DNA of 39,356 nucleotides from Chiloscyllium plagiosum (taxonomy: Eukaryota): the NCBI RefSeq assembly GCF_004010195.1, contig NC_057760.1:1277607-1316962 (forward strand), read 5' to 3'. The notes beneath the pieces were generated by a model. That model was given only the letters and a program-made list of their open reading frames with translations. It made no database searches and was not told the origin of the DNA. Of the stretch, positions 28,890 to 39,356 are shown piece after piece; position 1 is the first letter of the stretch; every line of letters starts with the position of its first letter. Position numbers and translations under genes: made by a program.

Positions 28890-29375
28890 GCGAGTAACGT
28901 TCGTACCACGCGTGTACCTGCCTCGTGACCATCTCCCATGAGAGAATTTTCACCATCGATCCTTGACATTTCAATGGCGTTACCATCGCCCTCTATCCGC
29001 CTCCCGCCTGGTACCGCAAGTAACTGTTCCCGTCCAAAGATATGACATCCTTTGACTTGATGCCCCGCATTCTCTCCCAATCCCTCCCCAAGGCTGCCGG
29101 GTGTAGAGCACAGTGGTTGCCGAGAGCTCAGACCGAAATGGGGAGGGACGCGATTCCTCAGCCCCTGCACATTCTCCTCTCGGCTACTGTCCTAACTTGG
29201 AAGTATCTTCAGTGTTAAAATCCTGCAGGCTCCTTTCCTAATGGCGCTGTGTATGTTGTCCCTACACCACATGGTGTGGGGGTGGGGACTACAGCTGTTC
29301 AACCTTCTCAAGGAGGGCAGTTAGGGATGGGTAATGAGCGCTGGTCCCAGCCAGCAACAGTCCAATAAATAAATG
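28890..29375 (+). mobile_element. Degenerate 3' portion of a second LINE family (CR1/L2-like); opposite-strand pieces at about 4850-5150 and 5570-5735
   Basis: Remnant coding VTF.P...TIS...LTFNG.T; 3' tail CCTTCTCAAGG..GGGCAGTTAGGGATGGG shared with the other copies. Confidence 0.5.
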
Positions 29376-30287
29376 TTAAAACAACGCTCGCAAATGTCCT
29401 GATTGCCTCAATACTGTACAAGAGGTCTTTTGGCCCATCAAGTCTACGTGCTGGTTATTGTGTCAAGAGAAATCGCCTAATGTCCTTGTAAGATATTTTC
29501 GAACCATCTGTTCAGATATGTTGCTATACACCTCTGGAGCAGGTGGGACTTGAATCTGTGTTACCCTGTCCCAGAGGCAATGCCAGATGCTTTCTCCACT
29601 CAAGTGACGGTGGTTGTATTGCAGGGCTAGTAACCGCAGTGGACGTGAGTTCAAGCGCCGGTCCCTGCAAATCGAAAAGTAATCTGGAAATCAGTTAAAA
29701 TCAATTCGGCGCCTACGGTGATCAAGGGACCTGGATTAATGATCCCTGTGGCAACTGCAGGATTGCAATTTGATTCGGTTAATTAAATCTCGAAAGAAAA
29801 GTGAAGTAGCGTTGGTGATGGTGGCAACGCGGTTGCTGGGTTGCGGTTTGAATCCCTTGATTGGCTTCATGAATTGGAACTGTCACTTGACTCCAGCTCT
29901 CCAATTCTTGAAGTGTGACCTCTTCTGACTCTCTCCATGAACACAGCTAAGACTTCCTGAGTTTATCCAGCAGTTCTCTGCGTTTAAGCAAGAATCTGGG
30001 GTACAATTATTGATTTCTGCTCACCAGGAGCTGGGGCAACAATTTTACCTAAGTCCTCCCCAAAGCCCCCTCTGGGGACTCCCTTTATGAGAATAATTGA
30101 ATTCCATCTACAGGAATGCACCTACAACTGGCTATAATTGCTGATGAGCCTTAGTGAAGACGTTGGTTGGATGTTTAGGAAGAGGGGGAAAAAAAAAGCC
30201 TGGAACCCCATGCTTGCAGAAACGATAGAACATCAAAGGAACGCAGAAACAGGAGTAGGCCATTCAGCCTCTTGACCCTGTTCTAGA

Positions 30288-31192
30288 GTCGCAGAGCTGT
30301 ACAGCACAGAAACAGACACTTCAGTCCAACTCGAGTGCGCTGACCAGATATCCAAAATTAATCTAGTCCAATTTGCCAGCATTTGGCCCATATCCCTCTT
30401 TAAACCCTTCCTATTCATAGTTAAAAATCGCACAACACCAGGTTTATTTGGAGGCACTAGCTTTAGAAGTGCTGCTACTTCATGAAGAAACCTTTTGGAC
30501 TATAACCTGGTGTTGTGCGATTTTTAACTTTGTCCACCCCAGTCCAACACCAGCACCTCCAAAAATCACTTCCCATTCAGGTACCCGTCCTGCTGCCTTT
30601 TAAATGTTGTCATTGTCCCAAGCTCCACCACCACCGCTGGCAGCTCATTCCGTACATGTACCCTCTGTGTGCAAAAGTCACTTAAATCCTGCCCCCTCAC
30701 CTTAAACCTATGCCCTCTAGTGTTGGACACCCCTACTCTTTGGAAAAACACCTTGTCTATTTACCCTATCCATGCCCCTCGTGATTTTCTAAGGTCACCC
30801 CTCAGTCTCCGACCGACCAGGGAAAACAGCCCCAGCCTGTTCAGCCTCTCCCTATAGCTCAAACCCTCCAGTATCGTTGTAAATCTTTTCTGAGCCCTTC
30901 CAAGTTCCACAACATCTTTCCTATAGCAGGGAGACCAGAATTCAACACAGTATTCCAAAACTGACCTCACCTATATCCCGTAAAGCTGCAGCAGGACCTC
31001 CTAACTCCGGTAGTCTGTGCACCCACCAAAAACATGCAAGTATCCTGTCTACCTGCGACTCCAATTTCAAGGAACCTGCACTCCAAGGTCTCTTTGTTCA
31101 GCAACACTCCCAAGGACCTTACCATTATGTGTGCAAGTCCTGCCCAGACTTGCCTTTCCAAAATGCAGCACCTCACGTTTATCTAAAATTAC
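30288..31192 (-). mobile_element. CR1 LINE 3' fragment interrupted by a fold-back insertion
   Basis: ORF pieces [35 protein letters not shown]. Confidence 0.88.
30419..30568. mobile_element. Fold-back Penelope-like element (GGAGCAG family)
   Basis: Arms GTTAAAAATCGCACAACACCAGG / CCTGGTGTTGTGCGATTTTTAAC; duplication CTTCC(T/C)ATTCA at 30407-30417 and 30569-30579. Confidence 0.7.
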
Positions 31193-31197
31193 ATTTA

Positions 31198-32319
31198 GGG
31201 GGGCACGGTGGCTCAGTGGTTAGCACTGCTGCCGAACAGTGCCACGGACCTGGATTTGGTTTCAGCAGCGAGCGACTGTGTGGTGTTTACACATTTCTGC
31301 GTGAGTTTCCTCCCACAATCCAAAGTTGTGCAGATCAGGGTGGATTGGCCATACTAAATTGCCCCATAGTGCCCAGCGATGTGCAGGTTAGGGTCGATTG
31401 GCTATGCTAAATTGTCACATAGTGCCCAGGGATGTGCAGGTTAGGGTGGATTGGCCATGCTAAATTGCCCCATAGTGCCCAGCGATGTGCAGGTTAGGGT
31501 GGATTGGCCATGCTAAATTGTCACATAGTGCCCAGGGATGTGCAGGTTAGGGTGGATTGGCCATGCTAAATTGCCCCATAGTGCCCAGGGATGTGCAGGT
31601 TAGGGTGGATTGGCCATGCTAAATTGCCCCATAGTGCCCAGGGATGTGTAGGTTAGGGTGGATTGGCCATGCTAAATTGCCCCATAGTGCCCAGCGATGT
31701 GCAGGTTAGGGTGGGTTGGCCATGCTAACTTGCCCCATAGTGCCCAGGGATGTGCAGGTTAGGGTCGATTGACTATGCTAAATTGCCCTGTAGTGTCCAG
31801 GGATGTGTAGGTTAGGGTGAACTGACAATGCTAAATTGTCCCATAGTGTTCAGGGATGTGCAGGTTACAGTGGATTGGCCATGCTAAATTGTCCCATAGA
31901 GTCCAGGGATGTGCGGGTTAGGGTGGATTGGCCATGCTAAATTGTCCGATAGTGCCCAGGGATGTGCAGGTTAGGGTGGATTGGCCATGCTAAATTGTCC
32001 CGTAGTGCCCAGGGATGTGTAGGTTAGGGTGGATTGGCCGTGCTAAATTGTCCCATAGGGCCCAGGGATGTACAGTTTAGGGTGGATTGACCATGCTAAC
32101 TTGCCCCATAGTGCCCAGGGATGTGCAGGTTAGGGTGGATTGGCCATGGGAAATTGTCCTGTAGTGCCCAGGGATGTACAGGTTAGGGTGGATTGACCAT
32201 GAGAAAAACCGGATGACAGGCATCGTGTGGGGGCGTGGGTTGGTGTGGGACCCTCTTTGAGGGTTAGTGTGGACTCCAGTGGCCGACTGGCCTGCCTCTC
32301 TGCTGTAGGGATACTATGA
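31198..32319 (+). mobile_element. Full-length HE1-like SINE with an internal 53-bp array (about 16 units, 31326-32201)
   Basis: tRNA head GGCACGGTGGCTCAGTGGTTAGCACTGCTGCC, then the array, then a SINE/CR1-type tail ending GCTGTAGGGATACTATGA. Confidence 0.9.
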
Positions 32320-32931
32320 AAAGAAAGGAGAACTGGAAAACAGTTGCTTATTTGACTAGTTATCAGTGACTGTTCCAATAGAGTCACATCCCATGAGGAC
32401 ACCTTTAACAAAGGCAAATTTAGTAATGCAGGTTTTGATTCTGGCTGGAGGAAGAAAACCCCAGCATTTAGCTGTAACAGAGACTACCATAAGGGTTTTC
32501 ACCTCAAGACCCCAGCAACCGCAGGCAGCTGTTTCTGTGTCCGCTTGACCCCACCCTTCAGGCTGCTCCTATTGTTGTAGCTTTATTTTTTTTAAAAAAC
32601 CCAGGGCCCTGCAAGCTCTTAATCGGCTTGGAACAGACCACTCGGTGTTTCTTCACACAAAAAAAAGTCCAGGACAAAAATCTATCTCTTAAAGCTGTAG
32701 CGGTGTGACAACTGGTATTTGTTCTCCCTACCCGGTTCCAGTAGATGGAGACATCCACAAACACACCGACTTCGCTCTTTCGCTTCGCCCGATTAATTCC
32801 TGACATCAAAAAGCTTTCTTTTACAAGGGAGGATGGAGGAGTTTAGGCCCCGTAGTCTCTGGAGTTTCGGAGAACTGAAGATCTAATTGATGTCCAGAAG
32901 ATGTGAAAGGACATCGCAGATGTGGAAAGGG

Positions 32932-33880
32932 TGCTTTGGAGTGCAGGTTCATAGCTCCCTGAAAGTGGAGTCGCAGGTAGATAGGATAGTGAAGGCGGCG
33001 TTTGGTATGCTTTCCTTTATTGGTCAGAGCATTGAGTACAGGAGTTGGGAGGTCATGTTGCAGCTGTACGGGACATTGGTTCGGCCACTTTTGGAAGATT
33101 GTGTGCAATTCTGGTCTCCCTGCTATAGGAAGGATGTTGTGAAAGTTGGAAGAGTTCAGAAAAAGATTTACAAGGATTTGAGCTACAGGGAGAGGCTGAA
33201 CAGGCCGGGGCTGTTTTCCCCGGAGTGTCGGAGGCTGAGGGGTGACCTTATAGAGGTTTATAAAATCATGAGGGGGTGAATAGACGAGGACTTTTCCCTG
33301 GGGTGGGGGAGTCCAGAACTAGAGGGTTAAGGTGAGAGGGGAAAGATTTAAAGGAGACCTAAGAGGCAGCTTTTTCACACAGAGGGTGGTACGTGTATGG
33401 AATGAGCTGCCAGAGGAAGTGGTGGGGGCTGGTACAATGGCAACATTTAAAAGGTATTGGGATGGGGACATGAATAGGAAGGGTTCAGAGGGATACGGGC
33501 CAAGTGCTGGCAAATGATTAGATTAGATTCTCTACGGTGTGGAAACAGGCCCTTCAGCCCAACCAGTCCACACCGCCCCCCGCCCCTCCAAAGAGTAACC
33601 CAACCAAATCCATTCCCCTACCCTATATTTCCCCCTGACGAACACTATGGGCAATTTAGCGTGGCCAATTCACCTGACCTGCACATCTTTGGATTTTGGG
33701 AGGAAACCGGAGCACCCGGAGGAAACCCACGCAGACACGGGGAGAATGTGGAAACTCCACACAGGCTGAGGCGGGAATCGAACCCGGGTCCCTGGTGCTG
33801 TGAGGCAGCAGTGTCGGACTGGGACAGCTGGTCGGCATGGACGAGTTGGGCCGAAGGGTCTGTTTCCGTGCTGGACTCTC
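32932..33880 (+). mobile_element. CR1 LINE 3' fragment with an antisense SINE inserted
   Basis: [25 protein letters not shown]...QFWSPCYRKD...RVWNELP. Confidence 0.9.
33516..33813 (-). mobile_element. HE1-like V-SINE
   Basis: (GATTA)n tail, V-domain GGAGGAAACCGGAGCACCCGGAGGAAACCCACGCAGACAC, B-box. Confidence 0.88.
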
Positions 33881-34237
33881 TGAGAGGTGGATGGATTTGA
33901 GGGCGTTGTTCTCTCAAGTGGTCACGAATCTGTGGAATTCACACAAGCCACCTCCCCCCCCCCACTCCACCCCCCCCCCAAAGTGCTGGGACACAGCATA
34001 ACGTTGAGAAAAGATAGATTTTTGTTTTAAAATCAGTGATACGTTGAAGAGTTACAGAGAGCAGAGGGGGTGGGGGAGAGGTGACAGAAGGTGTCCAGGC
34101 TGTGATCAGATCAGACATGATCATATCAAATGGTGTAGCAGGGGCTGAACGGCCTACTGATGGCTCATTGTTCTCATTTAATTTATTAACCTGCAGGTAC
34201 AACCTGTATGTATTTGCAGTCACTCTGTTAATGACAC

Positions 34238-34531
34238 GGCACAGTGGTTAATGCTGCTGCCTCACAGCGCCAGAGACCCGGGTTCAATTCCCGCCTCAGG
34301 CGACTGTGTGGAGTTTGCACATTCTCCCCGTGTCTGCGTGGGTTTCCTCCGGGTGCTCCGGTTTCCTCCCACAGTCCAAAAGATGTGCAGGTCAGGTGAA
34401 TTGGCCATGCTAAATTGCCCATAATGTTAGATGTAGGGGAATGGGTCTGGGTGGGTTGCGCTTCGGCGGGTCGGTGTGGACTAGTTGGGCAGAAGGGCCT
34501 GTTTCCACACTGTAAGTAACCTAATCTAATC
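34238..34531 (+). mobile_element. HE1-like V-SINE, near full length, single internal unit
   Basis: tRNA-like head, GGTTCAATTCC B-box, V-domain, tail GGCCTGTTTCCACACTGTAAGTAACCTAATCTAATC. Confidence 0.9.
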
Positions 34532-34931
34532 TCCAGAGTAGCTGGGACTTAGAGTCATACAGTATGGAAACAGACCCTTCGGTCCAACACAATCACAAAC
34601 TAAACTAGTCCTCAGCTCCCACTTTTCCCCAGAAAGTTGGAATTCCTTCCTGATTAAAAATCTCTCCCTCAGCGTAACAGCAGATGTGGGCCATTCAGCC
34701 CATTGGGTCCATCCCATCAGTCCGGGACGAGGTGGGGAGAGACGTCCTCACCCAGAGAGTGGGGCAGCCTTTGGGATTCCCTGTCACAGAAAGCCGGAAC
34801 GTGGAATGTTTTAGAGAAGGAACGGGATGGAGATCTGAAAGGGATGAAATGGGGGGAAAACGGGGATACTGAGTTGGATGACCAGCTGGGATAGTATTGA
34901 ATGGCGGAGCAGACTCAAGGGGGCTGAGTGG

Positions 34932-35360
34932 CCCATATCCCCTCCAAACCTTTCCTGTTCACGTCCTTATCCAAATGTTTTTTTAAAAGATGTACCCACA
35001 TCCCCCACTTCCTCGGCAAGTTCATTCCACAAACGAACTACCCTCTGTGTGAAAGATTTGCCCCTCATGTCTTTTTAAAATCTCTCTCCTCTCACTTTAA
35101 AAGTGTGCCCCCCCTTAGTCTTGAAATCCCCCAATCCTTGGGAAAAGAGACCTCCCATGTACCTTATTCATCCTCGGGATTTTATAAACATCAATGGGGT
35201 CATCTCTCAACCTCTGACGCTCCAGGGGAAAAAAAAGGTCTCAGCCTTTCTGTATAACTCAAACCCTCCACACCCGGCGACATCCTGGTAAATCTCTTCT
35301 GACCCCTCCCCGGATTAATAATATCCTTCCGATAACAGGGCGACCAGAACTGGAGACAGA
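34932..35360 (-). mobile_element. CR1 LINE 3' fragment
   Basis: Reverse complement of CR1 ORF2 end (ACCCTCTGTGTGAAA, ACAGGGCGACCAGAACTG). Confidence 0.75.
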
Positions 35361-36137
35361 AGAGGTCTGAACTTGAACCGTGACCTTCTGGTTTAGAGGT
35401 GGAGGCACTACCACTGGACGCCGACTGTCTTGGGCTGTGTGAAATGTGAAAGCGTAGAAAATAAGAGCGGGAATCAGCCGTTCAGCCCCTCGAGTCTGCT
35501 CAATACTATCCCGGCAGGGCCTCCAACTCAGTATCCCCGTTCCCCCATTTTATCCCGTTTAGATCTCTATCCAATTCCCTCACGAGAATATTCCATGTTC
35601 CAGCCCTGACTGCTGTCTGGGACAGGGAATCCCACAGGCCCCCCCCCCACTCTCTGGGTGAAGACATTGTTCCCCATCTCATCCCGAATGAGTGGGATAG
35701 ACCCAATGGGCTGAATGGCCCACTTTTGCTGTTACGCGCGGATGTTCGAGGCTGAGTGAGAGAGATTTTTAGTCGGGGTCGGCATCCAGCGTTCTGGGGA
35801 AAAGTGGGAGTTGAGGGTGATCAGAACAGCCACGATCTGAGTGAATTCGATGGGCCGAATGGTGTTCTGAGGCCGAGAAAGACGCTAGAGAAACGTGGTC
35901 ACTCTCTCAATTCTGAGTCCTGCCATTAAGTTACAACATCATCTGCTGTTCTGTCATCTTTGCAGTTCACACTAACTTTAATAAGGGATTTTTAAATCAG
36001 GAAGGTACAAAGTTCTTTTATTCTACATACGGACTTGAGGATTTAACAAATCCACACATTAAGGTCAGGATTTATGTAGGGGCTTGGGATATAGACAAGC
36101 AGTCCAAATTGTCCCATAGTGCCCAGGGATGTGCAGG

Positions 36138-36637
36138 NNNNNNNNNNNNNNNNNNNNNNNNNNNNNNNNNNNNNNNNNNNNNNNNNNNNNNNNNNNNNNN
36201 NNNNNNNNNNNNNNNNNNNNNNNNNNNNNNNNNNNNNNNNNNNNNNNNNNNNNNNNNNNNNNNNNNNNNNNNNNNNNNNNNNNNNNNNNNNNNNNNNNNN
36301 NNNNNNNNNNNNNNNNNNNNNNNNNNNNNNNNNNNNNNNNNNNNNNNNNNNNNNNNNNNNNNNNNNNNNNNNNNNNNNNNNNNNNNNNNNNNNNNNNNNN
36401 NNNNNNNNNNNNNNNNNNNNNNNNNNNNNNNNNNNNNNNNNNNNNNNNNNNNNNNNNNNNNNNNNNNNNNNNNNNNNNNNNNNNNNNNNNNNNNNNNNNN
36501 NNNNNNNNNNNNNNNNNNNNNNNNNNNNNNNNNNNNNNNNNNNNNNNNNNNNNNNNNNNNNNNNNNNNNNNNNNNNNNNNNNNNNNNNNNNNNNNNNNNN
36601 NNNNNNNNNNNNNNNNNNNNNNNNNNNNNNNNNNNNN
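36138..36637. other. Scaffold gap (exactly 500 N, probably a placeholder of unknown size)
   Basis: N run preceded by a partial 53-bp unit (36106-36137). Confidence 1.
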
Positions 36638-37069
36638 GGGGTCACCGGGTCATCGATCGTGATCAACCCCTCTCCAACGGGCTCACTGATTGGTTCTACA
36701 TAGTCCTGGGCCTACAAACACCTCCAGAGCCTCCCGACCCCAATTCCCCTCCCAAACCACGCAGTGACTGGGTCGACTTGTCAAATGCCCTCTGAACTCG
36801 CCCCGATCAAGGGCGCTGGGTTTGAAGGGCACTTAGGTATAGGGGTAAGACATACCAGCCTCAACCAAGCAATGCCCTCACGCCATGAGGGAGTCGGGAT
36901 GAAGTCCCAGCGGGTGGTGCAACAATTATTTTTCAGAAACAAGGATACTGTCAGTGCTCTGGCAATTATCCCGCCCAGGGCTACCCACCCTCAGGAGACT
37001 GGCAGAAGCAGTGGTTAACACTGGAGAACTCTGGGTAAGGACTGCACCAATGAGTGCCAGTGCCCGGGG

Positions 37070-37472
37070 ATCCCTGCAGTGTGGCAACTGGCCCTTTGGC
37101 CCAAATGAATCCACACTGATCCTCCAATGAATTACCCAAACAGACCCATTCCCTCCCCTATTATCCTCCATTTCCCCAGACTAATCCACCCTAACCTGCA
37201 CATCCCTGGGCACTATGGGACAATTTAGCATGGCCAATCCACCCTAACCTGCACATCCCTGGGCACTATGGGACAATTTAGCACGGCCAATCCACCCTAA
37301 CCTGCACATCTTTGGATTGTGGGAGGAAACCGGAGCCCCTGGAGGAAACCCACGCAGACACGGGAGGGGAGAATGTGCAAACTCCACACAGACAAGACAG
37401 TCGCGGAGGTTGGGATTGAACCCGGGTCCCTGGTGCCGTAAGGCAGCGGCACTAACTACTGAGCCACCGTGC
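37070..37472 (-). mobile_element. HE1-like SINE with 2-3 copies of the 53-bp unit
   Basis: AATCCACCCTAACCTGCACATC occurs three times; head ...ACTGAGCCACCGTGCC. Confidence 0.88.
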
Positions 37473-37965
37473 CGTGCCCACCATCGTGCCAGCTGTAAAA
37501 CCCAAGTTCTAGCCGCCCTCTCAGGTCGATGTGTTTAAAGATCCCATGCCGCGATATGACAACTGGAGGCGAACATGTTAACCAGCTTTAAAAAACAGAG
37601 CCAGTATCAGAAGGCTGCCAATTTGTGAAGCAGCGGTCACATTTCTGCTGTGCGACAGCCAGCTAGTCTATCGCCACGCCTTGCCGCGCTCCCCTCAACT
37701 CTCCCCACCCGCAGCGGCCCGCAGACACCCAACAACAACAGCAGGGATTTTATTTGAACCTTTGGTTCCGATCTCAGGCACAAAAGCTTCCACTAACAGA
37801 GCATCACAAGACATGGGGCTGCCACAAACAGCACAACATGGGGAAGCTCAGGCATTCCCGCAGGGATTCGGGCGGAACATTACAATCCGATAAACATCCA
37901 GGCAGTCAGCTGGAAGCTCCACTCCCCCACCTCCACCCTGCCCGCAGTGAAAGCAAGGGGGGATA

Positions 37966-38654
37966 CAGAGGAACCGCGATTATCCGAACAAGATGGACAG
38001 TCAGTATCTCGCTCGGATAATTGATTATTCGGATAACTGATTCAATGCCTCTCCTCTGGTGCGCCTCGGTGGTCACACCCAGCGCCCGAGGCGCGCGCGC
38101 GCACACACGCACAGCGCCCGAGGCGCGCGCGCGCGCACACACGCACAGCGCCCGAGGCGCGCGCGCGCACACACGCACAGCGCGCGAGGCGCGCGCGCGC
38201 ACACACGCACAGCGCGCGAGGCGCGCGCGCGCACACACGCACAGCGCGCGAGGCGCGCGCGCGCACACACGCACAGCGCGAGGCGCGCGCGCGCACACAC
38301 GCACAGCGCGAGGCGCGCGCGCACACACGCACAGCGCGAGGCGCGCGCGCACACGCACAGCGCGAGGCGCGCGCACACGCACAGCGCGAGGCGCGCGCAC
38401 ACACACATACACACACACAGTGACAGACAGAGCAGTCGTTTGGAGATGGTACCTGGGCTGCCATTGATACCCAGCACTGTTCTCGGCAGCAGTTCAGTCA
38501 GCCAAGTTCACTTTTAAATCATTGTAAACTAAAAGAGGCGGCGATCAGTGTTTGAAACACCTCTTTGATGTAATGTTTCTATCAGGACTTTGAGATCTCC
38601 TTCAGATCATCCGAAATTTGAAATACTGATATTCGGATAATCGAGGTTCCTCTG
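37966..38654. mobile_element. pogo/Tigger-type (Tc1/mariner-like) MITE, 689 bp
   Basis: TA at 37964-37965 and 38655-38656; 23-bp terminal inverted repeats CAGAGGAACC(G/T)CGATTATCCGAA with one mismatch; no transposase ORF. Confidence 0.85.
38081..38420. repeat. GC/CA-rich minisatellite (about 24-32 bp unit GCACACACGCACAGCGCGCGAGGCGCGCGCGC) inside the MITE
   Basis: Visible periodicity. Confidence 0.92.
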
Positions 38655-38863
38655 TACTGTGCCCTTTTCCACCACCTGACCTGTCCTCCCAGCCAATGCA
38701 GTTCAAGCAAGGTTTAGCTGGGGAGCCTTCAGCTTGGTGGCATCATCGCGAGACTATTAACCCAGAAATCTGGCTAAAGTTCAGGGCAACTGGGTTCAAA
38801 TCCCGCCACGGCAGACGGTGGGAATTCAAATTTAACAAAAACAAAACAATCTGGGATTAAAGT

Positions 38864-39021
38864 TTATTGGTCAGAGTATTGAGTACAGGAGTTGGGAGGT
38901 CACGTTGCGGCTGTACAGGACGTTGGTTCAGCCTCTGTTGGAATATTGCGTGCAATTCTGGTCTCCCTGCTGTAGGAATGTTGTTGTGTAACTTGAAAGG
39001 GCTCAGAAAAGATTTACAAGG
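38864..39021 (+). mobile_element. Short CR1 ORF2 fragment
   Basis: Near-match to 33015-33175 (TTTATTGGTCAGAG..AGATTTACAAGG). Confidence 0.8.
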
Positions 39022-39161
39022 TCAGGAGAGCAGTGTCGCCCTTCAGTAGTGCGTCAGACTGCACGGCGCTCCCTCAGCGCTGAAGAGGAGGGAGGGGTAA
39101 AACCAAAGAGCGAAAGTTGCTGCGAGTGACCGCGGCAGGCTGACCCCAGCAGCCCGGTTAC

Positions 39162-39331
39162 CTGCGTAAATACAGACGAAAGAGCCCTTGGCGATATCGT
39201 CCAGGCAGCGGATGCCCCAGCCCTTGTTCTGGGTTTTGAAGAGTTGAAGCCTGACCTGTAGGCCGTGCTGCACCAGCCGGTTGGTGCACATGCCCTCGTT
39301 GCACTTACACTGCTTGTTACACTCATAAATC
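39162..39331 (-). CDS. SETDB1: SETDB1 internal exon: end of pre-SET and first half of the SET domain ([57 protein letters not shown])
   Basis: On the - strand ctgcag|G...GCAG|gtaacc, 170 nt; the peptide from [10 protein letters not shown] onward matches SETDB1 as I recall it. Confidence 0.93.
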
Positions 39332-39356
39332 CTGCAGGGGGGTGAGAGCGAGGGGG

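Noticed and set aside
31198..31275. tRNA genes at SINE heads (also 16607, 34238, 37400-37472)
   Set aside because: Run directly into SINE body sequence; no complete cloverleaf
32730..32775. Minus-strand VGVFVDVSIY resembling SETDB1 QNVFVDTHD
   Set aside because: Only VFVD matches; no NHSC upstream and no further similarity

Overview
Eukaryotic vertebrate DNA; the HE1/V-SINE, CR1 and Penelope-derived repeats point to a cartilaginous fish, probably a carpet/bamboo shark (inference). The + strand carries the 3' part of POGZ. I traced 12 GT-AG exons from 744 to the TAA at 22029-22031, including a 37-nt microexon; they join in frame (3486 nt, 1161 aa). They encode the C2H2 zinc-finger array, the HP1-binding zinc-finger region, a CENP-B-like HTH, a pogo DD35D transposase domain and a C-terminal FxGF motif. 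At the right edge, one pre-SET/SET exon of SETDB1 lies on the - strand, converging on POGZ; its expected 3' exons are not visible. Non-coding DNA is dense in CR1 LINE fragments, tRNA-derived SINEs and microsatellites, and there are three N gaps. Most notable: (1) a set of short, often fold-back insertions with 11-20 bp target-site duplications that carry minimal type-I hammerhead ribozyme cores (CUGAUGA-stem II-GAA-ACGU/AGCU), typical of Penelope-like retroelements; (2) SINEs whose interior has expanded into 53-bp tandem arrays with one TTAGGG per unit; (3) a TA-flanked pogo/Tigger-type MITE next to the domesticated pogo gene. All calls come from reading the sequence by eye; no database search was run.
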